This document shows, piece by piece, positions 51,029 to 64,000 of a stretch of DNA of 64,000 nt; position 1 is the stretch's first letter, and each line of letters opens with the position of its first letter. A program made the position numbers and the translations under genes. The notes under the pieces were generated by a model. It saw only the letters and a list, made by a program, of their open reading frames with translations, had not been told where the DNA came from and did not search any database. Source of the stretch: Squalus acanthias (taxonomy: Eukaryota); contig CM059438.1 in assembly GCA_030390025.1 (NCBI GenBank), positions 78,988,001-79,052,000 of the forward strand, given 5' to 3'.

Positions 51029-52231
51029 GTAGGAGACAATCAATGGTATCTACAGTCAACTACCTGATATCCATGTTTTAATATATAATTGCCATTGAAT
51101 CTATTACTTCAAATTCTTCAGTTAATGTTTCTTTCTACTCGTCAGTTTACTGCAGTGAAGTTCTCCAGTGCCAGTTTCCAGTCTGCCTGCTGGAAAAATT
51201 GCCTCATTTATATTGCAAGCCCGTTATTTCTACGGTAGCTAGGTTGATTTTAATGCAAGTGCACTTTTTGGGTGCTGCTGCAATCCCTGGAGATTTGGAA
51301 AGGTCCACATGGGCCAGCGATCATGAAACTATTTTCTTGGACTGTGCAGAGGTGGTGGGAGCAGTTAAGTCACTTGCTGGCAGTCACGTCTTTTGCCTGC
51401 CACTGACAGGCCTAGCATTTATTGCTGCCACTGAAGACATGCATTGCATGTATTTTAGTTTTGATCCCTTCCTCCAAGGGCAGTAGCGGTGCTTTGTTTA
51501 AGTTTATCACCAACTTCAGAAATATTATGGGGGGCAAATGGAGAATATGTTATTCATACTGGGATTTAAAGCACCTAAGAATTCAGAACCGGAAAGATGC
51601 TTCTTACCAGTGTGAGCTTGGAGTGCACAATTCATGAGCTCTGTAGTGTCCAAATGATAGGAAATGCCAAATCTTGACAATGTAAACAGAGCATTAATCA
51701 CCTAACAGCCTGGATTAAAACCTGTTGTTTTTCTGCTCCTTTATTCACGTTAAACTTTATTTATTTATTTATTTATCTGGCAAATGCCATCGGTTAACAA
51801 AGGTCTTAAGTAGTATTCCAGAAGTTATTAATCCCAACCCCTGCATAAATTTAGCAGATAGTGGGTGTAGCTTTCACACTTTTCTCACTTAGACCTGTTT
51901 CTTGCCTATTGATACCATGAAGAGGTGAATAATATCTGCTAAAGCTCGAGTATTCTGTGCAGAACAGCGTGTTTATCCTTTGACATGGAAATAAAAATGT
52001 TAAACTGCTCAGCCTTAAAATGTTGTTCAGTTGTATTCAGAGTTTTAGTGGTGACTCTGAAATTGCAGTATTTTTTGTCACATTTATTTGCAGGGCTTGT
52101 TAAATATTAAGTTAGGATGTAGTGTATTCATAGTTGATGATGACTCATGGAGACTTAACAGAACACGGTTTGGGTTAGAGTTAAAGGATCAATTTAGAGA
52201 TCTCTATTGTTAGTCTAAAGATGATTTATAA

Positions 52232-52420
<189 letters not shown>

Positions 52421-54356
52421 TAGCCGCTGTTCTCTTATAAAAATTCTGTTTGATTTCGACATTAGCTGGAAAATGAATATATTCTTAAAGTAAAATCTCA
52501 TTTGAATAAATATTGCATTATGTTGCAACCAAGAACTTGGCAGTTCATCCTGTACCTATGTGATACGTTCGAGAATATGGCACCTTTAATTCTGCATTTC
52601 AAATGGCAGTAATCGTAAATGTTGTTAAAAGAGCAAGTTGGAGAATTTCAGAATTTTCTTTGAATATGCACTGATGTACTTGCTGTATATACAAGGTGCC
52701 TAGTGTGCAGCCATGGAATCTGCCACAGGATTTTACCCTTTCCCTGTGATTGTATTGGGACCAATAGCTGAAGATCGGAGTCTAAATCCTGTCCATTTAC
52801 GTCGATTATCTAATCCCCATGCAATTTACACCTGCTGCCAAAGTGTACAAGATGTGACATGCATTTGGATTATCGAACCCATTGATATTTGCTGCTTAAT
52901 CGGATGCTTTTATCAATGCTAAGCCTCCAGTTTAGCAGGTGGTGCGCAAGGTATGAAAGAGTTCCAAGCTGTAAATGAATGGAGTGCAGAAGGTTGGTAT
53001 CATCTGACACCATATTGGTTACCTCTAGGAAGGTGAAATGTATAATGCACAGTTATTATCCAGCCCCATTGATTCATACCTTAATCACCTTATTGCAAAG
53101 TGAGTCCAGCCTCTGAGCTCCTTGCTGCTGCACTGAGCATCTGTGTTCTAAATATTAACGTGCTAGCATATTGACAGGTTTATAGCTCTCTTAATATGGC
53201 GAACACAGTGTTAAATTTTGCCCATTTAAAATTAGAACAATGTATATTCTAGTTTGTAAGACAGGTGTTGAGTATAATACCATCTGGTTAGTGTATCTAT
53301 CTGTCAGACACTGAACTCGCTGACAGTTTAAATATACTAGAAGATAAAATGTAATTTTAAAGATTACTTTGAAAGAAGAAAGCTCGGTTTGAACAATATT
53401 TTTAATGCTTAGGTTCTGTTTGCCAGGCTAGGAGATACATTGTTGTAAATAATGGTACTTTAAACAAAAAGCCACTAGTTTACTGAGGGGAGCTCACTTT
53501 ACACGTAGTTGCTTTAACTGGCTAGCTGAAAGGTCAGTGAGATAGTTGGGTGTTCAGTAACAGTCATTACTGTAAATAGCTGAGCAGCACATGGGACATT
53601 CAGACTGCTTTTGCACAGTTCAAAATGCCTGCTTTTTTCCTTTTTAAAAATAAGTATTATTCCTATACAGTATGTTAGACATACATTTTAGATTGAGGGG
53701 GTGTTGTAAAAATTTTTATTGTACTGAGATGTTCCCCAATCCTGGACAGATTTGAAGTAGAGTCTACACATTCATGCCACAGCACTTGATGTAGAAACTG
53801 GCCTTGAGGTGCCACAGGATTCCAGGGCTTCACGTAAGCATGGTTCTTGTAGGTCAAATTTATAATGCAAGGCAGACATTTTAAATCGGTATTCTCACCA
53901 TCTGCAGTATTTACAGTTGCCCCACTAACTTTGGAATGGGTTTCTGCAAGTCTGCAGTAGTTCAGTTCAAAGTCTACACCCAGTTCTGATTACTCTTCAA
54001 CCATTTTTTTTTCTTGACAAGCTAACATTAGCTGCCATTTATTTTAACCCCTTCACTCGCTCAGTCCTTTGCTGGTTTGAACAAAATGTGTCCTAAAGAG
54101 CATTAACCTGCGGTTTGGTTTTCAGTGGTCTTCTCATTTTTACTTTGTAATTTAGCTTTGACATGACGACTTTCAAACCTTCTGTGAAACACACCTCAGA
54201 CATAATTGAGGGAAAGTTCCTATTCCTTCCCAGAATCCAAAATGAAAAGAAAGCAGCACTTGAGTACAATTTTACACCACAAAATGACTGCAGTTGGAGC
54301 TTTTGACTGAAGACAGTGGGGTTATGCTAAAGTTAATTATAATAATTTATTTTATT

Positions 54357-54515
54357 GCATAGAAGTTTAGAGTACAGAAACAGGCCATTTGGTCCAACAA
54401 GTCTATGCCGGTGTTTATGCTCCACACAATCCTCCTCCCACCTTACTTCATCTCACCCTATCAACATATCCTTCTATTCCTTTCTCCCTCGTGTACATAT
54501 CTAGCTTCCCCTTAT
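54357..54515 (-). mobile_element. CR1 LINE 3' tail fragment
   Basis: Near-identical to 12473-12615. Confidence 0.7.
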
Positions 54516-55299
54516 AAATATCAAAAATCATTCTCTCTCACCTAACAACCATTTTCATGCAGGTTGACAACCTGTGCACTCCATACTCTCCAGTCTCGGC
54601 ACTGGTAGATTGTATTGCCCCCTGGTGTTAACACTTGCCTGTTCCATTGCACCATCTAGCCATGTTTGTTTTTGCTTGCCTTTTAATTTATTGCCATCAA
54701 ATTTTTCCAGACAGCAACAACTTTCCTTTTCACTCTCAAATAATGTGCCCACTGTATATATTTTTTATCATCACAATTAGCCTCAAGTCTCTCTTCTTGT
54801 GCAAGTTCAAGAATCCTCTCATTAATCATTCTTCATGTCCAAATGACTGTCAACTGTACTACCATAATTCAAGTAGTTTGTCATTTTACTTCAGCATTCA
54901 CGCCCATACAAGCATTTAACCATTTTATTTCTTATCTCCTGCTTGATTTTACAGTTGCACAGAAACACTCAATTTGTCAAACATTAAAATTTATTTTTAA
55001 TTTTTGTTGCCTCTTCCATCTCATAAAGGATTGCCGAAGTTAATTTTATTTACTTATATTTCCATACTCTTAAGGTCAATCAAAGCACACCGTTGAAGGG
55101 TAGACCGTGCTAAGATTTTTTTTTTTAAAAGCCCATTTGTTCTCTGCGAGAGACAAACTGATCTCCCGTGCTGTGGTGTGAACGCATTGAAGGAAACCCT
55201 TGTCTTCAGCCATTCCAGTGTGTCAGCTCCACTATCTGTTGCACCAATTGGATGTTTATCAGGATAATTCAAAAAGTCAACATTTAAAAGAAAATCAGA

Positions 55300-55383
55300 G
55301 AAGAATTCTGTGGGATACCTCTATCAAAGAGCCGGCACAGGCACGATGGGCCGAATGACGACCTTCTGTGCTGTAAAATCCTA
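55300..55383 (+). mobile_element. CR1 extreme 3' tail
   Basis: agagccggcacaggcacgatgggccgaatg..accttctgtgctgta matches 16658-16704. Confidence 0.65.
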
Positions 55384-56384
55384 AGTACTTGTCAGTGATG
55401 GCACTTCACTGAAGATTTACCACCTTATTTCGAATGTTACTTCGTTTCGAATGTTACCTGTGGACCTAATGTCCTCTAGTTACTGACTCCCAAGGGTAGT
55501 TTTGTTAAGCTTATTTCACAGTTTTTAAAAAGTATTCAAAATCCCATGGTTGTGGAAGATCTGAGTCTGCAGGTATTATAATTTGTGAAACTTAAGACAA
55601 AATTGAAATCATTTCCAGTTCAGTTGGAGGGCAGGGTTGACCCAGTAACTTGGTGTATTTAAATTCTATTTGCAGTCATTTCCAGTTTTGCCAATAGTAC
55701 ATGAGGCAGTTGAAAAGTAGCATGAACAGCAGAGAAGAAAATCTGCTGTCCAGCCTCAATTAAAGTAGTGTTCTTTTTGGAGGTTTTTCTCATACGCCTT
55801 GATTCTGATTCAGATATAGAAAGTTTGGATGTTTTATAGTCAGATTTCACAAATTGCAACAGTTTCCTATTATCAATAAGATAGAAGATTGTCATAACAT
55901 TGTTTTTATAGAACTATAGCTGAATAAGAAGCGGCAGCATTCACAAACAGTTATGATGTTTGTATTTATTGAATTGAGCACAGCCACCTCTTTTTAAGAT
56001 CCTCCAGTGTTGCCATCCTTTCTTCTGAAGTAAGAAGGACAAGAACAGTCTGGCCAGTAAATTACTAAATTGGAAGAGGAAATAACCTCCCAGTAGTATT
56101 GCTCTTGTAGCCAAAAAAGGGAGAGCACTTCTATAATATGGGAGAGGTTCTGGTTGTTTTTCCTCCCCCTTTCACACATTTGCATTGAATGTTTATTGAA
56201 GTGGGAGGGCACCAACTCAAACAAAGTAATTTAAGTCAGATATAGGTAAGAGAGAAGATAAATGGACTTTTTGGTCAGCTGTCTAATAACTTGGTTAGTG
56301 GGTTCCAGGAATTAATTATCTTGAAAAGCCACACACATCACCTTGGTGATGTGTTACTATAACTAAGTTATTTGATTTAAAATG

Positions 56385-58190
56385 AGAACTTAAGAGATTG
56401 TTAACAAAACTGAGAGCACATGGAATTGGAGGCAACTTATTGGCTTGGATAGGAAATTGGTAAGGAGGTAGGAGACAGAGTGTAGGGATAATGAGCATGT
56501 ACTCAAATTGGCAGGATGTGACTAGTGGTGTCTCCAGGGATCTGCACTTGGGCCTCAGGTTTTCACTGTTTATAAATGACTTGGATGAAGGAATAGAGAG
56601 CTGTATATCTAAGTTTGCTGAAAACGTTAAGTTGGGTGGCACAGTAAATAATGTAGATGGGAGCAGAAAGTTGCAATGGGACATTGATAGATTAAGTGAG
56701 TCAGCAAAACTGTGGCAAATGGAGTTCAATGTGGGAAATGTGAGGTCATCCACTTTGGACCTAAGAAAAGTATTTTCTAAGTGGTGAGAAGATGGGGACT
56801 GTGGATGAGCAGAGAGATTTAGGAGTCCAAGAACAGAAATCACACAGCTACAAAAAATAATTGAAAAAGCGAATGGATTGTTGGTCTTTATATCAAGAGG
56901 GCTGGAATACAAATTGGCGAAAGTTATGTTACAGCTGTACAGACCTCTGGTTAGACCCCATTTGGAGTACTGCGTTCAGTTCTATCCGAAGCACATATCT
57001 GCAGCATAACAAAGACCGCCTATTTCCACCTCCGTAACATCGCCCGTCTCCGCCCTTGCCTCAGCTCATCCGCTGCTGAAACCCTCATCCATGCCTTTGT
57101 TACCTCTAGACTTGATTATTCCAACGCACTCCTGGCTGGCCTCCCACATTCTACCCTACGTAAACTTGAGGTCATCCAAAACTCGGCTGCCCATGTCCTA
57201 ACTCGCCCCAAGTCCTGTTCGCCAATCACCCCTGTGCTCACTGACCTACATTGGCTCCTGGTTAAGCAGCGCCTCGATTTCAAAATTCTCATCCTTGTTT
57301 TCAAACCCCTCCATGGCCTCGCTCCTCCCTATCTCTGTAATCTCCTTCAGCCCCACAACCCCCGAGATATCTGCGTTCCTCTAATTCTGCCCTCTTGAGC
57401 ATCCCTGATTATAATCACTCAACCATTGGTGGCCGTGCCTTCTGTTGCCAAGGCCCTAAGCTCTGGAATTCCCTGCCTAAACCTCTCCGCCTCGCTGCCT
57501 CTCTTTCCTCCTTTAAGACGCTCCTTAAAACCTACTCCTTTGACCAAGCTTTTGGTCACCTGCCCTAATTTATCCTGATGTGGATCGGTGTCAAATTTTT
57601 TGTGTTCTAATACTCCTGTGCAGCGCCTTGGGACGTTTTACTACGTTAAAGGCGCTATAAATCCAAGTTGTTGTTGTTGTTCTGGGCACTGCACCTCTGG
57701 AAGGATATATTGGCCTTGGAGTGGGTGCAGCACAGATTCACCAGAATGATACCGGGGCTAAAAGGTTTAAATTATGAGGACAGGTTGCATAGACTAGGCT
57801 TATATTCCCTTAAGTATAGAAAATGAAGGGGTGATCTAGTTGAGGTGTTTGAGATGATTAAAGGATTTGATAAGGTAGATAGAGAGAAACAACTTCATCT
57901 GGTGGGAGAATCCAGAACAAGGGGGCTTAACCTCAAAAGGGGTGATGTCAGAAAACACTTCTTCAAACAAAGGGTAGTGGAAATCTGGAACAATCACCCC
58001 CATAAAGCTACTGAAGGTAGGTCAATTGAAAATTTCAAAATTGAAATTGATAGATTTTTGTTAGGCCAGGGTATTAAGTGTTACGAAACCAAGGCGGGAG
58101 TTAAGATACAGATCAGCCATGATCTAATTGAATGGCGGAATAGGCTCGAGGGGCTGAATGACCTACTCCTGTTCATATGTTTCTATGTTA
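56385..58190 (+). mobile_element. CR1 LINE RT/3' region, interrupted by an L2 insertion at 56984-57683
   Basis: SNWQDVTSGV..., FINDLDEG..CISKFA, WQMEFNV, then LYRPLVRPHLEYCVQF|WALHLWKDI joined across the insertion, and KHFFKQRVVEIWN. Confidence 0.9.
56984..57683 (+). mobile_element. L2 LINE 3' ~700 bp with (TTG)n tail, same family as 15756-18803
   Basis: Reverse complement of 15756-16028 plus 16714-17125. Flanked by GTTCT at 56979-56983 and 57679-57683. Confidence 0.93.
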
Positions 58191-58843
58191 ACCATTTACT
58201 GATATAAACCTACACATACATTTGAGCAAAATGCCTTCAGGCTGGTTTTTTTTTATCTGTAATTAGGTTTGCAAAGCTAGTTCTCTTTGTGTGCAGTGAA
58301 TAACATTTTACAGCTGTGCTCCATTCTGTGAATAAAGAACATAACTAATGGATATTGCTGAATGCATAATTTTAACAGAAAAAGTTGCATCCCCAGTAAA
58401 AAATAAATGCTACCTCAATCACTACGACCAATGTTTAATGCCATGATAAAAGCTTTCTAATAAACTCTACTGGCAAGAAAGTTAATATCAGCCATATGCA
58501 GTTTATTCTCGAGTCACAATTCATTTCTTCCTTGCATTTTCAGAAATATCCTTAATGGTCTGAATGTTTAATTTTTGGAACAGATATTTGTTCAACACCA
58601 AACCAAATTTGATATTGCAGCTTCCAGAAGCAATGCTTTGTAATGGAGGAGTATAGTTTCACAGTAATAAGTCACATATAGAGGAGTTAGTTATTTTCAG
58701 GACTATTGGATATGAAAGAAAGCCCTGACTAATGGAAACAAAAATGTTAAATAACCTGTTTGGATTAAATATTTAAACCATAAAAACAGCACAAAAGTAG
58801 CTTGAAAAAGAAATTAATATAGATTTGTTCACTCTTTTTGCAG

Positions 58844-58948
58844 GCAGAGGAGAAAGCGGATGCACTAAATAAAGAGCTACTCATGACCAAGCAGAAGTTA
58901 GTCGATGCAGAAGATGAAAAGAAGAGATTGGAAAATGAAGCCACTCAG
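58844..58948 (+). CDS. RABGAP1: RABGAP1 coding exon I
   Basis: ttgcag|GCAGAG...ACTCAG|gtaatt. 105 nt, AEEKADALNKELLMTKQKLVDAEDEKKRLENEATQ. Confidence 0.96.
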
Positions 58949-59822
58949 GTAATTGAATTGTATCTGAATTGGGGCATAATCCTACATGTCTTAATTGTCA
59001 CTTGTTCAAATGTTTTACGTTTTAAACTGCTGGTTAGGGATAGGAAAAATAGTGCACAGTTCTTCCTCTTGATCAGTGACCAGGACCCCATGCTGGACGG
59101 TGATGAAAACATGGTTTGTGCTCAGCAGTTGCGGTCCTTTCAATTGAATAAGCCTACTAACACTCACTGCCCAGGCACACATGAAGAATGACTACTTGGG
59201 AGCCAGATCAGAGAGCCATCCCTCCCATGGAACCATACCCCAACATGAGTTGCAGCCTTCAGGAAAGAAAATCAGGGGGAAAGTTGCAGATGAGACTACT
59301 AGTTAGAGGCAATCTTTTGAATAAACATTTTGTGTAGTGTGCGCCCTGGTGATCAGTAATGTGCACATTGTGTAGCTCACATCATTAGGTAATTTTCCAC
59401 AAATCTTTGTCTTTTCAATCTTGTTTTTTGAATGAAACATTTTGTAAATATTGATTCATTTTATTAAAATTGATCAATCTAAAGATTTGAAAATATATAT
59501 ATTACTTTTAAATTTTCCACACTCTTATTTTGATAGTTTGCTGTAAAACTAGCAATCATAATCCATAACACAGAATAGCTCCAGTGTTCCTTGGGTAGTT
59601 TGCAGATTTTGATTTAATAAATTAGCTAAAAAAAATTTTAATTATGTGCCAAAATTATCAGTAGCTTATACGGTTATCAAGATATTCCACTTTACGTATC
59701 ACCAACAAAGTTGCATAATGTCAAATATCTGTGTCCATTAGTATTTTTAACTGAGTATTCTACGAGAGCAGCGTCAGTTGTGTCTTGGTTTTCAATACTA
59801 TGCCTGGTTCTACCTTTCATAG

Positions 59823-59906
59823 CTGAAGGAGATGTGCCGGAGAGAACTAGACAAAGCAGAATCAGAAATAAAGAAAAACAGCTCAATCATCGGTGATTAC
59901 AAGCAG
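59823..59906 (+). CDS. RABGAP1: RABGAP1 coding exon J
   Basis: ttcatag|CTGAAG...AAGCAG|gtctgt. 84 nt, LKEMCRRELDKAESEIKKNSSIIGDYKQ. Confidence 0.96.
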
Positions 59907-60114
59907 GTCTGTAAGGCTCGCAGATTTTACTGCAGTTATTCCTTGGTTGAAGTTTGAAAAGGTTACTTTTGTCTGTGGAAGTAGATGATGCCATGGGTTG
60001 TGGCTTGTTCAGAGGCTTTATCTAGAAACTAATAAACATATAAAAATGCAGAACACAGTCTGAAAGAAACCATGCAACAACCATGAAGATGTCCTTTTGC
60101 GAGGAATATAAAGT

Positions 60115-60235
60115 TTGAATGCTGGAAATTTGAAATAAAAACAGAAAATGCTGGAATTACACAGCAGTTCCATCAGCATTTGAAAGAGAAAAGAGACGTT
60201 AATATTTCAGGTGGAGAACCTTCATCAGAATAGTT
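60115..60235 (-). mobile_element. Solo Penelope-type terminal repeat carrying a hammerhead core (60197-60232)
   Basis: Reverse complement ttCTGATGAaggttctccacctGAAAtattaac...atgctg...ccagcattttctg is homologous to 20583-20673. Confidence 0.72.
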
Positions 60236-60449
60236 TTCTTTTCTGCTTTTCCCCACAATTTATCTTTTATAGATGCTGCCTTTTTTCTGCTCGCCACTCT
60301 TCAGCTGGGATGTTGTTCATTCTGTGTTGTGTACTTCTTTGTAACCTCCTTCTGTGATTTATTTAATGGGAAACCAGTTCTCATTTTAGTTGGGTGTTGC
60401 ATTTGGCCTCTCTCTCCACCATCAGTGAGATGGTGTGCCATATTAAATG

Positions 60450-60865
60450 GGTCCGATAGTGTAGTGGTTGTGCTACTAGACTTTCAACCCAGAGGTCATG
60501 TGTTTAAATCCCACCATCGAACCAAGGTGTGAAACTGAATTCAATAAATCTGGTAATTGGTGCATTAGCATCACAAAAACAACCGTGAAAGCTGCTGGAT
60601 AATTGTAAAAGCCCAACTGTTCCCCACTGCCCTTCAGGGAAAGAAGCCTGCTTACCCCAACCCGGTCTGGCCTACACATGACTGCAGTCCCACGCTACCT
60701 AGTTGTCGCTTGATGTCCTCTGAAGTAGCCTAGCAAGGCACTCTGTTGTACAAACCGTTGCTTTTCCAAGTAGAAAGCCCACCACCACCTTTTCAGGACC
60801 GCTAAGGATGGGCAATAAATGCGGCCTTGCCACTGTCCCCCACGTCCTGAGAAGAATCTTTTTAA
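60450..60865 (+). mobile_element. tRNA-headed SINE whose 3' tail matches the 33440-35450 LINE
   Basis: A-box-like TAGTGTAGTGG (60457-60467) and B-box-like GTTTAAATCC (~60502). Tail ccaccaccacctt...ggatgggcaataaatgc matches 35367-35430. Confidence 0.8.
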
Positions 60866-61609
60866 AATTACCACATGACCCTTCCAAAAACTGCTCAACT
60901 AAAGCAGATGAATTAGTGACCAGCAACACTCAAATGCTTCTGATAAAGAATTCCCTTGAGGTATCAGCCCCCTTATTTGTATAGTCTTTGCTTAATCCAT
61001 GTGTGTATTTTTTTTTAAACTAAAGAAAAATCATTTTTGGCCGTTAACAAATGTACAAATTCCAAAAACCATTCAGTACTCAAAAGGGTTAATCTATAAA
61101 CTATACTTGCATGAAAGACTCCTAATGTTAGTGCATTGGAACCCACTAGTGCAATTTAGGATCAAATGTTTACACATTCCAGGCTATTAATATGCATTTG
61201 CTCCTCATAAGACTAAATCCCTATCATAATTTGTTCCATAAAATAGGGTGTTTTGTTCTGACTGGAGTGCAGAATTGTTTCCATTTTAAAAGTTTTGTTT
61301 TTTATTTTAAGCCTTGTATAGATCTTACCAAATATTGGTATAGTTTAAAATTAAGGAATCTGAGGTGATATACAATGATGTAAAATACATCTATATAATT
61401 TATCCTTTTTGGGCCTCTCAACCACAGGTGACAATCAAAATCATATCTATATCTCGATATTAAAAATTGCTTCCTGTCTCCAAATCTTACTTCCCGTTGT
61501 CTTGAGTTTTGGTTGTGCTCTTCTGTCAACATTTACCATTGTAAATTGTTCAGTGAATATTTTGCTTTTAATTTTGCTCGGTGAACTGTCACAATGTAGT
61601 TGCAGGTCC

Positions 61610-61628
61610 TGGCCACTAGATGGCTCTG
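61610..61628 (+). promoter_or_regulatory. Candidate CTCF binding site
   Basis: TGGCCACTAGATGGCTCTG gives a 13/14 match to CCASYAGRKGGCRS, in non-repeat sequence. Confidence 0.55.
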
Positions 61629-61879
61629 AGGAAGGCGTTTTCTAAGCATCTCTCTCCGCTCTCTCATCATCTTGCATATTAAAAAGTTTGAATTCATCAA
61701 TTGACCAATGAGCAGCTAGTATTTATATAAAGAAGGTGAAGTCTTTTGAGATTTCCTTTTATTGACTAGCATCTGGTGCAGGTTGTTAGATGACCAAGCG
61801 CAGTGCATTGTACACAATGATGAGAAAATTGTAGTGTGTGTGTTTTCGTGAAGTGTTTAAAATGCTTTGTTTTTTTTAG

Positions 61880-61951
61880 ATCTGCTCTCAACTGAGTGAG
61901 AGGCTGGAAAGGCAACAGTCGGGAAATAAAGCTGAGTTGGAACAAATTCGG
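61880..61951 (+). CDS. RABGAP1: RABGAP1 coding exon K (gene continues beyond the window)
   Basis: ttttag|ATCTGC...ATTCGG|gtgagt. 72 nt, ICSQLSERLERQQSGNKAELEQIR. Confidence 0.95.
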
Positions 61952-62123
61952 GTGAGTCTCCAACCCGTGTAACCAAGACGTAAATTAACTTCTGGTAAAT
62001 AAATGGATAAATATGCTTGGATTAATTTTGTCTCCATGCTAGGGAAACAAAAAATTCCAACGTTGGAATGTTTTTTAGATTTAAAAGAAATGGTTTGTGG
62101 CACAATGCATTGGAGATCCTGAC

Positions 62124-62577
62124 GAGCTGTGGCTCAGTGGGCAGCACTCTCGCCTCTGAGTCAGAAGGTTGTGGGTTCAAGTCCCACTCCGGAGACTTGA
62201 GCACGAAAATCCAGGCTGACACTCCAGTGCAGTGCTGAGGGAGTGCTGCACTGTCGAAGGTGCCGCCTTTTGGATGAGACGTTAAACCGAGGCCCCGTCT
62301 GCTCTCTCGGGTGGACGTAAAAGATCCCATGGCTCTATTTGAAGAGGAGGAGCAGGGGAGTTCTCCTGGCCAATATTTATCCCTCAATCAACATAGCAAA
62401 AACAGATTATCTGGTCATTATCACATTGCTGTTTGTGGGAGCTTGCTGTGCGCAAATTGGCTGCCGCGTTTCCTACATTACAACAGTGACTACACTCCAA
62501 AAGTACTTCATTGGCTGTAAAGCGCTTTGAGACGTTCGGTGGTCGTGAAAGGTGCTACATAAATGCAAGTCTTTTTT
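62124..62577 (+). mobile_element. Full-length tRNA-derived DeuSINE (SacSINE1-like)
   Basis: A box TGGCTCAGTGG (62130-62140), B box GGTTCAAGTCC (62174-62184), Deu-like core (ggatgagacgttaaaccgaggcccc...aaagatcccatggc) and an L2-like tail. Confidence 0.88.
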
Positions 62578-64000
62578 CTCTTGCATAACACACAGTGGTA
62601 TTGTGCCGATCTGCATCTGTAGTTGCTCACAGTAAACTGATTTGAGCTGTGACATCAGGGAAAGGTGCACAGTGAAAGCCAAATGCTTTCCGGTATGGAA
62701 CAAAAGAATTTTAGAGAGGCTGTAATTTTAAGGGCCTCTTTGTGGCTGAATACACAGCAGCATTGATGGCCTTGTGAACAAGTGCTCGTGGGTAGGAGTA
62801 GTGAGGGACTTTGAAATGGGGAAGTGAAGAAAAATGAGCTGTAATTTGGACCAAGAAATATTCACGAATATAGTGTTGCCAGTAAAGCAAATTTAAATTG
62901 TATGAATACATTTTTTAAATTTTGACAAATGATGGAAGCTATCCTATAATAATGTTTAAAACCTAAAAATGTACCTCTGCTTTAATTACCAAATATATCT
63001 CCTTTCCACTGCTCTATGCAGGCTTTCACTGATGTCATCGGTTAAACCTCAATTGTGCTTCTTGTATTATCTGAAAAATTAGTGATATCATCCAGCAGAA
63101 TAGGTGATATGAAACATGTGTTAACAATGAATCCACATACAAAAGTGAAAGAGATTAAACAGCAAAATCTTTCTATTTTATGGGATCGAATATATGTCCG
63201 ATTATTGGTTAATGCTTGCTCAGTGCAAACACCAGTTGATTCATCTTACTTGTGGAGGACTGTAGGGCTCTCCCCAGAATGCAGTTGGAAACCTGTATTT
63301 CTCCTGGATTCCTGCAAGCTGTGTTTTTCAATCTTTTACGTGTCAATCTTATTCACTGGTGCACTGTTTTCACAAACAGATTATTTCTTAAACTTCATGC
63401 TATAATCAGATTAGGCTGAATTATCCTGTGGAAGCTGAATTCAATTTTCCACTGCTAATTATTCAGCAATATAAAACCATTAAACCAAAACTACAAAAGG
63501 TCTTGAAAGTTTATGAACAGAATTATATTTTACAGTGAAATGTAATTTGTTGTTTGGAGAGGGTGATGTATAAAAAATATTTACATCTCTGTGCTGAAGT
63601 TTTATTGCTTTTTAATTGAAATTTTGAGTAAAATATGCACATGTTCTAAAGATTGTGTTATATACTCCTGGAGGCTGACCGATCACGATGACTAAATGCC
63701 ACCCGAAACCGTTTAGGCTCGGTTATGTAAGGCTGCTTTTATATTGTGTGATCTGTCTGCAAAGTTAAACACCAGAGAATTGTCCTTTGTTGCTTTGAGA
63801 ACCAAAAATCTTTAATTTCAATAAAACACTAATATGCTTTCAAGATCTAAATATCACACAAAGAGTGAAAAGATAATGTATAATGAGAAGATTTCCAAAG
63901 TCCTGAATGAATGACCACGCAACTTTGTAAGTGGAACAACTCTGATCTTATGAGCTTACAACCTGTTTATGATGGAAAATGTGAGCACAAACTATCGGCA

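Noticed and set aside
62124-62200. tRNA gene
   Set aside because: The A and B boxes run straight into a SINE body and tail, so this is a SINE head. The same applies at 60450.

Overview
This is vertebrate genomic DNA, most likely from a cartilaginous fish (inferred from the repeat families: CR1 and L2 LINEs, a DeuSINE, a Penelope-like element). The whole window lies inside the RABGAP1 gene on the + strand. Eleven coding exons (29384-61951) splice by GT-AG into 365 codons covering most of the TBC Rab-GAP domain and the following coiled coil. Every one of these exons is phase 0/0. The intronless orphan GPCR GPR21 (1837-2919, +) is nested on the same strand in the large upstream intron and keeps several GPR52-like characters. 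The rest is intron rich in decayed transposons; almost all short ORFs in the track are TE fragments or noise. Features worth a second look: two hammerhead-ribozyme cores tied to Penelope-like repeats, an RTE LINE with an inverted 5' segment in twin-priming geometry, reciprocal CR1-in-L2 and L2-in-CR1 nesting, inverted L2 copies bracketing eight in-frame exons (possible stop-free circRNA), and a duplicated octamer-containing motif flanking a 42-nt exon. I see no firm evidence of a wholly new biological system. Family and orthology calls rest on motifs recognised from memory, not on database searches.
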